This document shows, piece after piece, positions 48,879 through 60,825 of a stretch of DNA of 64,000 nt. The notes under the pieces are model-generated. The model was not told the DNA's origin, ran no database searches, and was given only the letters and a program-made list of their open reading frames with translations. Origin of the DNA: Mobula hypostoma (taxonomy: Eukaryota); assembly GCF_963921235.1 (NCBI RefSeq), contig NC_086108.1:682001-746000 (forward strand). Reading direction: 5' to 3'. Numbering within the stretch: position 1 is the stretch's first letter; every line of letters starts with the position of its first letter. Position numbers and translations under genes: made by a program.

Positions 48879-50195
48879 TAGAAACATGGAAAACCTACAG
48901 CACAATATAGGTCCTTCAGTCCACGATGCTGTGCTGAACATGTACTTACTTTAGAAATTACCTAGGGTTACCCGTAGCCCTCTATTTACCTAAGCTCCAT
49001 GTACCTATCCAGGAGTCTCTTAAAGGACCCTACCGTATCCGCCTCCACCACTGTTGCAGGCAGCTTATTCCACACACTCATCACCCTTAAACTTACCCCT
49101 GACATCTCCTCTGTACCTACTATCAACCACCTTAAAACTGTGCCCTCTCGTGTTAGCCATTTCAGCCCTGGGAAAAAGCCTCTGACTATATCCACACAAT
49201 CAATGCCTCTCTTATATAGCTCTATCAGGTCACCTCTCATCCTCCGTCGCTCCAAAGAGAAAAGGCCAAGTTTACTCAACACTGCCAAGAGTCTTACTAT
49301 TCTGCCATCATATTTGACCTACCAAAATGAACCACCTCACACTTATCTGGGTTGAACTCCATCTGCCACTTCTCAGCCCAGTTTTGTATCCTATCGATGT
49401 CCCGCTGTAACCTCTGACAGCCCTCCACACTATCCACAACACCTCCAACTTTTGTGTCATCAGCAAATTTACTAACCCATCCCTCCACTTCCTCATCCAG
49501 GTCATTTATAAAAATCACAAAAAGAAGGGGTCCCAGAACAGATCCCTGTGGCACACTACTGGTCACCGACCTCCATGTAGAGTATGACCCATCTACAACC
49601 AGTCTTTGCCTGCTGTGGGCAAGCCAGTTCTGGATCCAAAAAGCAAGGTCCCCTTGGATCTAATGCCTCATTACTTTCTCAATAAGCCTTGTGTGGGGTG
49701 CCTTATCAAATGCCTTGCTGAAATCCATATACACTACATCTACTGCTCTACCTTCATCACTGTTTTAGACACATCCTCAAAAAATACAATCAGGCTCATA
49801 AGGCATGACCTGCCTTTTGACAAAGCCATTCTGACTATTCCTAATCATATGCCTCTCCAAATATTCATAAATCCTGCCTCTCAGGATCTTCTCCATCAAC
49901 TTACCAACCACTGAAGTAAGAATCACTGGCCTATAATTTCCTGGGCTATCTCATCCTTTCTCATCCCCATTGATGATGCAAAGATCATTGCCAGAGGATC
50001 AGCAATCTCCTCTCTCACTTCCCACAATAGCCTGGCGTATATCGCATCCAGTCCTGGTGACTTATCCAACTTGATGCTTTCCAAAAGCTCCACCGCATCC
50101 TCTTTCTTAATGTCTATATGCTCAAGTTTTTCAGTCCACTGTAAGTCATCCCTACAGTCACCAATGTCCTTTTCCGTAGTGAATACTGAAGCAAT
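48879..50195 (-). mobile_element. CR1 LINE with internal deletions
   Basis: ORFs 48986-49288, 49297-49566 (VPQGSVLGP, KFADD), 49923-50261. Confidence 0.9.
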
Positions 50196-50973
50196 GACTA
50201 ATAAAATCACAAAGGGATGTTTTCCTGGAAGCATTACATGCAACATAGTACTATAGCACAATTCTGGCCTTTTGTCCCACTTTAACCTACTGTAGGATCA
50301 ACCCAACCCTTCCTTCCCACATAGCCCTCCATTTTTCAGTCATCTATGTGTCTATCTAAGAGTTTCTTAAATGTCCCTAACGTATCTACTTCTACCACCA
50401 TCCCTGGCAGCGCATTCCACGCACTCACCGCTCTGTGTAAAGAACTTGCCTCTAACATCTCCCTATACTTTCATCGAATCACCTTAACATTAATCCCCCT
50501 GAAATTAGCAAATTTCTACCCTTGGAAAATGGCTCTGGTTGTCCCCTCAATCTATGTCTCTTATCACCTTGTATACCTCTGTCAAGTTACCTCTCATCCT
50601 CCTTGGCTCCAATGGGAAAGGCCCTAGCTTGCTCAACCGGTCCTCCCTAATCCAGGTAGCATCCTGGCAAATCTTCTCTGCTCCAGAGTTCAACACACTA
50701 TTCCAAGTCTGGTCTAACCAGGGTTTTATAGAGCTGCAACGTTACCTCGCAGCTCTTGAACTCAATCTCCCGACTAATGAAGGACAACCCATGATATGCC
50801 TTCTTTCTTTCTTTTTAAATCTTTTTATTGAATAAATATACAAAAAGGTAAGCCATATAGGCACTAATACACTGTTAGAATATAATAAAATTACAGGAGA
50901 TATTAATACAAAAAAAATGATACAAACAATGTAATTTAAACATAACATACTAAGGTAACATAATAGTATACTA

Positions 50974-50982
<9 letters not shown>

Positions 50983-51021
<39 letters not shown>
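50983..51021. repeat. (TA)n microsatellite in the L1 3' UTR
   Basis: About 19 TA units, read directly. Confidence 0.97.
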
Positions 51022-51023
<2 letters not shown>

Positions 51024-51222
51024 ATAGAGAAAAGGAAAAAAAAACCCCAAAAAAAACCACCGTGCAACTAACTAAAAGCAAAGCAAAGCAATGGGCTAAT
51101 TTGGAACCAAGCAGAGTTAAAAAACTTAAAATCACGTCCTCAATCCCGACCTCCATTAAAAACAGTAAAAAAAAAGAAGGGTATATAAATACGGAGCAAA
51201 AAAAGAGAAGAAAGAAAAAAAA

Positions 51223-54200
51223 TTACATTAAATGAAAATATTGAATAAAAGATCTCCAGGTCTGTTCAAATTTAAGTGAGGAATCGTAAAGATTGCTTCT
51301 AATTTTCTCCAAATTCAAGCATAATATCGTCTGAGAAAACCAAAAAAAGGTAGTTGGAGCATTAAGCTCTTTCCAATGTTGTAAGATACATCTTTTCGCC
51401 ATTAAAGTAAGAAATGCAATCATTCTACAGGCTGAAGGAGAAAGATTACTGGAAATTTTAGGTAGTCCAAAGATAGCAGTAATAGGGTGAGGAGAGATAT
51501 CTATATTCAATACCTTGGAGATAATATTAAAAATGTCTCTCCAAAAAGTTTCCAGAGTAGGACAAGACCAAAACATATGAGTTAAAGAGGCTATCTACCC
51601 CGGACATCTATCACAAAAAGGATTAATATGAGAATAAAAGCGAGCTAATTTATCTTTGGACATATGTGCTCTATGAACAACTTTAAATTGAATTAAGGAA
51701 TGTTTAGCACAGATAGAGGAAGTATTGACTAATTGTAAAATCTGCCCCCAGTCATCTACGGAAATGATAGACCCCAATTCCTGTTCCCAATCTACCCTAA
51801 TCTTATCAAATGGAGCTTTCCTAAGTTTCATAATAATATTATAAATCATAGCCGATGCACCTTTCTGACATGGATTAAGGTTAATTATAGTATCTAAAAT
51901 GTATGTAGGAGGAAGCATTGGAAAAGAAGAAAGTATAGTACTTAGGAAATTTCTAACTTGTAGATATCTAAAAAAATGTATTCTTGATAAATTATATTTA
52001 TTAGATAATTGTTCAAAAGACATAAGAGAACCATCTAAAAATAAATCCAAAAACCGTGAAATACCCTTAGTCTTCCAAATTTGAAAAGTACGATCCGTAA
52101 AAGAGGGAGGAAAAAAATATGTTACCTAAAATAGGAATTGCTAGCCCAAGTTGGTTAAGATCAAAAAATTTTCTGAATTGAAACCAAATACGTAAGGTAT
52201 ATTTAACTATCGGGTTAGATACCTGTTTGAGGCGTTTCAAATCAAAGGAAGAGAGGAACCTAAAACAGAGCCAAGTGTATAGCCCTGAACAGATTGTAAT
52301 TCCAATGCTACCCATTTAGGAATGGATAGTATATCCTGATCAAGTAATCAAAATTTCATATGTCGAATATTAATTGCCCAATAATAGAATCTAAAGTTAG
52401 GTAATGCTAAACCTCCATCTCTCTTAGCTTTCTGTAAATGTATTTTACCCAGTCTCAGGTTTTTATTTTGCCAAATAAATGAAGAAATTTTTGAGTCAAC
52501 TTTATCAAAAAAAGATTTTGGAACAAAGATTGGTAATGCCTGAAATATATATAGAAATTTTGGCAAAAAAAACATCTTAACTGCATTAATACAACCAATC
52601 AAAGTTAAATATAAAGGAAACCATTTAGATGAAAGTTGAATAATATGGTCAATTAAGGGTAAAAAGTTAATCTTAAATAAATCTTTGTATTTACAAGTAA
52701 TTTTAATCCCAAGATATGAAAAATAATTATTAATCAATTTAAATGGAAAGTTATGATATAAGGGAAGTTGTTTATTAATCGGGAAAAGTTCACTCTTACT
52801 AAGATTTAATTTATAACCTGAAAAGAGACTAAATTGTGCTAATAACTCTAAAACAGCAGGGATGGATTTTTGAGGATTAGAAATATTTAAAAGTGAGTCA
52901 TCAGCATAGAGTGATATTTTATGGGACTTTAAGCCCCGAGTTATCCCAGTAATATTTGGAGATTCTCGAATGGCAATTGCAAGAGGTTCTAATGCAATAT
53001 CAAATAATAAAGGACTAAGAGGACAACCTTGTCGAGTACCTCGAAAAAGGGGGAAAAAAGGTGAGCTTAGTGAGTTAGTACGGACCGAGGCCACAGGAGA
53101 ATGATATAACAGTTTGATCCAGGATATAAATTTCGAGCTAAAATTAAACATTTCAAGCACCTTAAATAAGTAAGGCCATTCTACTCTATCAAAAGCTTTC
53201 TCAGCATCTAAAGAGATAACACACTCAGGAACATTTTGTGAGGGGGTATAAACAATATTTAACAGTGTGCGAATGTTATAAAAAGAGTAACGACCTTTAA
53301 TAAAACTGTTTGGTCTTCCGAAATAATAAAAGGAAGTACTTTTTCTAATCTGTTTGCTAATAACTTAGAAAAAGCTTTAGAATCAACATTTAATAAAGAT
53401 ATTGGTCTATAAGATGCACATTGAGCAGGATCTTTATCCTTCTTTAATATTAGAAAGATTGACGCTCTATTGAAAGATTTGGGAAGTTTACCAAGTTTTA
53501 ATGAAGCCTCGAAAACCCTACAGAACCAAGGGATTAATGAAGGTGCAAAACATTTATAAAATTCTACGGTAAACCCATCAGGGCCAGGAGCTTTCCCCAA
53601 ATTCATAGAGGAAATAACATTCTTAATCTCATCAGTGGTAATGGGAGTATCTAACATAGAAGACATATCCTGTGAAATCTCAGGGAAGTCTAAGTTATCT
53701 AAAAAATCATTCATATATTTAGAGTCTCGAGGAGACTCTGATTGATATAAGGAAGAATAAAAATCACAGAAGGTTTGATTAATCCCCGCATGATCAAGTA
53801 TCAGTCGGTCATTTTGATTATAAATCTGATTAATTTGAGATTTAGCATAATTAGACTTCAATTGGTTAGCCAACAGTTTGCCAATTTTGTCACTGTGTAC
53901 ATAAAATTCACTTCTTGTTTTCTTTAATTGGTTTACAATCGAGGACGAAAGTAATAAACTGTTCCATTTGAAGTTCAGTTCTTTGTTTATATAACTCCTC
54001 AGAGGGAGCTGTAACATATTTCTTATCAATTTCCTTAATCTTGTCCACAATTACCAACTCCTCCTGCTTCAGCTTCTTCCTCAAAGCAGCAGAATACGAG
54101 ATAATCTGACCACGAATATAAGCTTTAAAAGTATCCCAAAGAATGTTCACAGAAATATCCTCTGTATAGTTGATTGTAAAAAAAAGATCAATCTGTTCAT

Positions 54201-54997
54201 TCATAAAGTTAACAAAGTCCGAGTCCTGAAGCAACAGCGAATTAAAACACCATTGTCTATTATTTTGTGTATTGGCCTGAATTTTAATAGAAAGCTTAAG
54301 TGGAGCATGATCCGAAATGGTTATAGAGTCATAATCACATTTAATCACTGAAGAAATAAGACGAGAGTCAATAAAGAAATAGTCAATTCTTGAATAGGAA
54401 TAGTGAACATGTGAAAAAAAAAGAAAAATCTTTTTCCTGAGGATGCAAAAAACGCCAAATGTCCGTTGACCCAGAATCAGAGAGGAATGAATTAATCAAA
54501 GTTGCAGATTTATTAGGTAAGGTCCGTAGGGGAGCCGAACGGTCCAAAGCTGGAGATAAACAGGTATTAAGATCTCTGCCCCAGATCAATGAAAACTCAT
54601 TCAAATTCGGGAACTGATTGAATAATGATTTATAAAATTCCGGACAGTCCATATTAGGAGCATAAACATTAACCAAAACTACCTTTTTATTAAATAGTAG
54701 ACCACTAACCAGTAGAAATCTACCATTCGGATCAGAAATAATATCATGTTGTATAAAAGTAACTGAGGAGTCTATAAAAATAGAGACGCCTCGAATCTTA
54801 GCGTTGGAGTTCGAATGAAACTGTTGTCCCTTCCAGAATTTAAAAAAACGTAGTCTGTCCCCCCTCCGCACATGGGTCTCTTGTAAAAATAAAATTTGTG
54901 CTTTAAGTCTCTGGAACACTTTAAAAACTTTTTTCCTTTTAATAGGATGATTAAGACCATTAGTATTTCAGGCGACAAAATTAATAATAGACTCCAT
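51223..54997 (-). pseudogene. Disrupted L1 ORF2 (endonuclease, reverse transcriptase, cysteine-rich domain)
   Basis: ATG at 54997 (MESIINFVA*NTNGLNHPIKRKK); successive ORF pieces 54383-54919, 53908-54348, 53259-54050, 52348-53160, 52067-52315, 51595-52050, 51223-51576. Confidence 0.9.
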
Positions 54998-56124
54998 AAA
55001 CCCTAAAGTCAACCCGCAACAAGGAGGATTGACGATAGGCTCGACCCATGAACCCAGAAAGGGAACAGAACAAATAAGAGATACCGGGAAGGAGAACGCA
55101 ACCAATACTTCAATAGTGTACATAGCCCAAGAAGAAAGAAACTAAAACGTGAAGCCCCTCCCACATGATATGCCTTCTTAACCACTCTATCAACCTGTAT
55201 GGCAACTTCCCTCTGTTCCTCCATACTGCTAAGAATCCTGCCATCCAAAGTGAATCACTTCACACTTCTCTGGGTTGAACTACATCTCAGCCCAGCTTTG
55301 CATCCCGTCAATGTCTGTAAGACATAGGAGCAGAATTAAGCCATTCAGCCCATCGAGTCTTCGCCAGCCATCCTGGCTGTTTTGTTATACTTCTCATAGT
55401 CATAGTCATACTTTATTGATCCCGGGGGAAATTGGTTATCAACACCATTCTCCTGCGTTTGTAACCTTTGGTGCTCTGACTAATCAAGAACTTCTCAACT
55501 TCTGCTTTAAATATACTGAATGACATGGGCTCCACAGTTGGCCATCGCCATGAATTCCACAGGTTCACCAGTCTCTAGCTAAAGAAATTCCTCCTCATCT
55601 CATCCTCCTCATAAATGGACGTCCCTTTTCTAAGGCTGAGGTTACAATATCCTGTTGTAACCTACAACACCTTCTTCACTATCCACAACTCTACCAATCT
55701 TCACGTCATCTGCAAACTTCCTTACCCAGCCTTCCGCTTCCTCATCTAACCCATTGATTAACAAAAAAAATCACAGTGAGCAGGGGTCCTGCAGCAGACC
55801 CCTGTGGTACACTGCTAATCCCTTCACTCGTTCCTGTATCGAACTCCATCTGCCACTCCTCAGCTCAGTGCTCTGTCCTGCAATGTCCCATTGTAACCTA
55901 CGACACTGTCCACAGCTCCACCAACCTTCATGTCATCTGCAAACTTATGAACCCATCCAAGCATTGTTGACGGTATCTTCCTTCTCAGCAGGAGGAGCTA
56001 CAGCTTTACATCCACATTATGACACCATGTTTTGAAAATGTTATCAGTTTTCAGTCAAATTTCAGCAGTATTTGGATTCTAGCTGACCTCAAGTTTCGTC
56101 ATTTAAACTTTAAGAGCCTGCTAA

Positions 56125-56415
56125 ATAGTGTGTTACTCAACCTGAGTCAGCAGATTGCAGGATAGAGTCTCACTCTTGAGACACAAACTGATAATCTAGG
56201 ATGCTTTGACTGTATGCTATTATGGTTATCATTGTTTGAGCGAGGTATTAAACTGAAGACTTTTTTCCCCTGAATCTTAGAGGCACCATGTCATTATTTA
56301 GACATCACTAAAACCAAAAAATTTATAGTTATTTTCAGGACCTTCGCAAGGGACTGATTGTCACATTTTCTTGTCAACAGTGACTATATTTAAAAGTACA
56401 TAATTTACTGTGTGA
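56125..56415 (+). mobile_element. Ancient Deu-SINE (SacSINE1-like) relic
   Basis: ctgagtcagcagattgcaggatagagtctcactcttgagac...attaaactgaag...caacagtgactatatttaaaagtac resembles the recalled SacSINE1 head, Deu domain and tail. Confidence 0.5.
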
Positions 56416-57489
56416 AATCTTCAGGAGTGGCGCCACATAGTGTTTGTGCAGTGCTATTACAGCTATTGGGGTGTTGGAGTTCAGCGTTCAATTCTAACAC
56501 CATCCTGTCAGGAATTTGTACTTTCTGCACCATGAATGCATGTGTTTCCTCTGGGTGCTCCGACTTCCTTCCACATTCCAAAGATGTACCGGTTTGTAGG
56601 TTAATTGGTCATTGATTAGGCTTGGGGTTAAATAGGTGAGTTGCTGGGCAGTACGGCTCATTGGGCTGGAAGGATCTGTTTTGTGTTGTTACTCTCTCTA
56701 AATAAAAAAAAATAAAATTTCAAGGTTCAAAGTACATTTATTATCAAAGCATACAACTTTGAGATGGGTCTTCCTGTAGGCAGCCACAAAATAAACATCG
56801 TAGATCCCATTTAAAGAAACCCTTCACACAAGACCATCAGACATGCAGGAGAAATTACGCACACAGCAAAAACCAAATAAGTAACATACCAAACATTAAA
56901 CATCAAACCGTTGAGTCCCAAGGATCGAGTCCAAAACCATGATCTGCCAAGGCAGATAAAGCAAGCCATGGCCTCAGCCACTGAGTTAGGCAATTTAGCA
57001 CTGTGTCAATGGCTGCAGACCTTGAACAAATCAAAAATGTAAACATCTTGATGTTAGCAAAGGAGAAAATAATCTTTCAATGCATTTATTTGTTTTGTGC
57101 GGGTGTCTACCATCATCGTTTATGTGACTTGGAGTGGTGAATGACTTGTTCAAAAATATTTATTTATTTATTGAGATACAGCGCAACAGGCTCTTCTAGC
57201 TCTTTGAGCCATGCCAACCAGCAATCCCTGATTTAATCCTAGCCCAATCACAGGACAACGTACAATGACCAATTAACCTACTAACTGGAACATCTTTGGT
57301 CTGTGGGAGGAAACCGGAGCACCCGGAGGAAACTCACGGGGGAGACTGTACAAACTCATTACAGACAGCGGCGGGAATTGAGCCCAGGTTGCAGGTAGTG
57401 TAAAGCATTGTGCTGACTGCTTTGCTACCATGCCGCCCCTGCAGAGTAGTATGAGATGAGTGGTCTAGGAAAACATTCTCTCCCTAAAC

Positions 57490-57682
57490 ATCCCTGCCAG
57501 TGTGCCTTTACTGCACTCCAGCAGCCTCCCTCTGACCCAGCTTTTGCTCAACTCCTAACTTATCTCATGTGGCTGCTGCTAAATTTTGTGCGGCCACATA
57601 ACTTGTGAAGGGTTTTGGGGTTTTTTTTACCCTCTCCCCCCCACAATTCCAACAGGTGCTATAAATGCGTATTGGTTTGTTT
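57490..57682 (+). mobile_element. Old L2/CR1-type 3' end immediately upstream of the second exon acceptor
   Basis: ttatctcatgtggctgctgctaaattttgt...tgtgaagggttttgggg...aggtgctataaatgc resembles L2-type tails (GTGAAGCGCCTTGGG...AGGCGCTATATAAATGC). Confidence 0.5.
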
Positions 57683-57718
57683 TTGCAGAAATGTAATTTT
57701 CGTGTTTCCTGTTTGTAG

Positions 57719-57764
57719 GAGTTTAAACACTTGTCACAGAGGTTGGACTGCTTGGATCTAAAAG
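57719..57764 (+). CDS. PPP1R37: Next coding exon (probably exon 3) of PPP1R37
   Basis: Acceptor gtgtttcctgtttgtag, donor GTAAGG at 57765; 46 nt, phase 0 to 1; encodes EFKHLSQRLDCLDLK(G), in frame with the previous exon and matching recalled PPP1R37 EFTDLGHRLDCLDLKG. Too short for the ORF track. Confidence 0.92.
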
Positions 57765-58324
57765 GTAAGGTGGATACTTATTATTATCATTGCAAATTCT
57801 TATTTGCTAATAGGGAAGATGTCCCTGAGCAGAATGTTATGAGGATTTGAGAGAGTTGCAGCAATATTTTGGGTGGCAGTGTGGATATACGGTTCTATCA
57901 GAGGAAGTGGAAGGCACTCCTTCCCTCCGCTAGCCTGTAGGTCATCTTTGATCAGGGTGTAGTACTCGGTTAGCCCCCACCTCACTGATCAGGATCATGT
58001 GAAGCCATGGGAGCAGGTGGTGGGGTGGTGGATGGTCGTATGAGCAGCCGGTGCAGATCACAAGTCCTGGTTATGTGACTACTGACACTAGGCAGGCAAT
58101 CTCTGAAGAGTATTGATCATGGCTGTCACCTGTCTTGTAAAGACACTGCCTTGAAGAAGGCAATGGCAAACCACTTCTGTAGAAAAAGTTAATAAGAACG
58201 AACATGTTTATGGAAAGATAATGATTGCCCATGTCATACAACATGGCACATAATGAACAAGCAGTAATATTCTGATGTAGATCAGAAGAAGTACTTTGAA
58301 GCTGTTTCCAAGCTGTTCTTAGAC

Positions 58325-58470
58325 AGCTGGAGGAACTCAGCAGGTCAGGTAGCATCTTTTCCCGAAGTATCAACTGTTTATTCCCCTCCATAGATGCTGG
58401 AGGAATTACAGAGTATCTTCAACATTTTGTGTGGGTTGCTCAAGATTTCCAACATCTGCAGAATCTTTTC
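58325..58470. mobile_element. Penelope-derived fold-back relic
   Basis: gctggaggaactcagcaggtcagg followed by the inverted arm ...ccatagatgctg...tcaagatttccaacatctgcagaatct. Confidence 0.6.
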
Positions 58471-58959
58471 TAATTTGCTGCTCTTCGCTGGTTGTCTTTG
58501 TTAAATGGGATCCTCATCAGAGAATAAGAGATCACAGATTTACAATTCTCAAGATTGTCTATCACAATAGGACATATAGGTCATGAAAGTTAGCTTCTTG
58601 CAGCTGCATTACAAACTTGTCAAACATACATTAACATATACAATGGATTCCAGTTAATTGGGACACATCAGGATCAGTACATTTTGGCCCAATTAAGTGG
58701 CCGCCCCACTTAGCCGAAGTTTTATGGAAATACTTAAAAGGTATAAGAAAGACAAACTACCACTTAAGTGAGTAAAAAAATTATGTAAGAAAAGAGTTAC
58801 AGAACAAATTAGAACATGATCAATGCTACGACGGTACTATTAAACCGTGTATTGATTCCTAATAGTTATCAAACGAGGAATGCATCCAGTCTACACTGTT
58901 GCATTCTTTTTGATTGACGGTAAATGAACAAATTCAGCTCAAATGCCTGGTGCAGAGAA

Positions 58960-59730
58960 TCAAAGGTTCAAAGGTCAAGTTTAATGTCAGAGAAATGGAT
59001 ACAATATACATCCTGAAATACTTTGCAAAACATCCACGAAAACAGAGAAGTGCTCCAAAGAATGAATGACAGTTAAACATGAGAACCCCAAAGTCCCCCC
59101 GCCAGCAAAAGTAAATGTGCATCGGTACAATCACCGAGCCCAAGTGGGCGCTAAGCAATAGCAAAGACACAGACCTTGCAGTTACTTCAAAAGCTTCGCG
59201 TTTCATCCAAATTCGACAACCCACAGGTCCTCTCTCTCCCTGGCAAGGGAGAGGGAGTTATCCCCCATTTTCACAGCGAGCTGGGAAACATAACAACAAC
59301 CCGCTGGTTTACGATCTTAAAAGTCTGTTTCATCGTTTTTGTCGAGCTCTGTGTCCAAAGATTGCAAAGACCTCCGGTCTTCGGGCCCACAGCAAAAGAT
59401 TTTCCGGCCTCCCCGACGACACATGAACCTCCAGCCGTGACACCGACCCTCGATCCGCCTGTCTCCAGAGCCCTGAGATCTTAGGCTTCCGAACACAATC
59501 GAGGTTCTTAGGCCAAACCCTTGGCATGTCGAATAGTGGCCAGTCGTGGAACCCCGAGAACGGGTCCCGTTCCCGCAAAGTACCGAAGCCTGCGTGTAAC
59601 TCTAGGTCAGGGTCTTCAAAAGAACCCTGGAAGGGAAAAATAAATATATTAAAGGGTGAAATAGAGCTGTTTCCGAAGATGCAAGCAAAGGGTTCGCTGT
59701 TAGGCGCCATCATTCCGCCAAAGCTCCACC
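58960..59730 (-). mobile_element. Non-coding CpG-rich element with Rex1-type tail, nested in the Tigger
   Basis: 5' end GGCGGAATGATGGCGCC; 3' end GACATTAAACTTGACCTTTGAACCTTTGA; 3' part similar to 2245-2570. Confidence 0.65.
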
Positions 59731-60090
59731 TCGACTTCATCCATTATGTGAGACATTGCTTTCCTTGAACCTGATAGTGTTGCGTATTTGTGGCCAAGAG
59801 TGCCATTTGGTGTGGCACGATAATTTTTTTTTAAATGTGTTTCATCAGGATTGTAACTATCATCTGCACAAAATTTTTGAAGCAAGTCGGGGAATTTTTC
59901 TAGATTACCATGTTTCTGTACTTACAGTATTGGCACTAGTTTTCTCGCCATGAGCTTTCTTGAATTTAATGCGGTGCCTACATTTCTATTGAGACGACCA
60001 ATCATCTGTTGTTTTAAAATCTTCATGGCCAGCTTCTTAGCTAACTCCTCTGACTTTTTTTTAAAACATTGGTCCACTGACTGACAGACA

Positions 60091-60091
<1 letters not shown>

Positions 60092-60133
<42 letters not shown>
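60092..60133. repeat. (CA)n microsatellite
   Basis: About 21 CA units, read directly. Confidence 0.97.
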
Positions 60134-60135
<2 letters not shown>

Positions 60136-60825
60136 CCCTCCCATCCAGTTACAAAAATAAAACATTGATTGAGGGCCTCTTTAACACCTGGATCTTTACT
60201 GTCATGGTTTTGTTTTTGGGATGTTCACGTAATCACTATTCTTCCTGCAGTTTACTTTGATGATGTCTCAAGTGTGCAATTGTAGATTTTGGCACTCCAG
60301 TTGTCTCTGCCAGCTGATGATGAGTGGTGTTAGTTGGATGGCTTTTAATTTATTCCAGGAGGGCAATTTCTCCAGCTGGTGTCAAATCTTTTGGTGGCAT
60401 CTTGGCAACTGTTTGAAATTCTTTCAAGTCAAAATAAAAAATAAAATTATCAAAAATCACTGCCTTTTTGAATCATTTCTGTCAGCCCAAATAGATAACA
60501 TAGCACAAGCACACATGACTATTTTCTCCAGACATGGTGTGGTGTCTAATGACCACACAAGTACTCGTGACTGGCGCTAGTTAGGAACTGTTTGGCAAAA
60601 TTCTCCTGTCCCAGTTAAGAGGCATAGTGTCCCAAATAAATGAATCTGTTTATTTTCTTAATTAGTTCTTGTTTTTTAAGAAATGTCCCCAATAAGTGAT
60701 GGCCCAATTAACTGGAGTCTGCTGTATTTTAACACAAATTTCTATAGTCCAAACTTTTGGAAATTAACATTTTATACATGTTAAATTTCAAAAGTGTTAT
60801 AGTGGGCAAACAAGTATTTTAGTTA

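Larger units (their letters stand above)
50806..55163 (-). mobile_element. L1-clade LINE (fish-type), 5'-truncated upstream of ORF2, inserted in an older CR1 (50250-50805 / 55164-55960)
   Basis: 16-bp TSD CATGATATGCCTTCTT at 50790-50805 and 55164-55179; AATAAA plus (GAAA)n tail; APE motifs LQETH, VNVYAPN, SDH; RT motifs YRPISLLNVD, GTRQGCPLSPLLF, YADD; C-terminal CDRC...HMFWSC. Confidence 0.93.
58641..60724 (-). mobile_element. Tigger/pogo (Tigger4/TIGD-like) transposon, decayed
   Basis: TIRs TA-CAATGGATTCCAGTTAATTGGG / CCCAATTAACTGGAGTCTGCTG-TA; relics KKSEELAKKL (CENP-B-type HTH) and SYNPDETHL (pogo N-x-DETGL motif). Confidence 0.8.
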
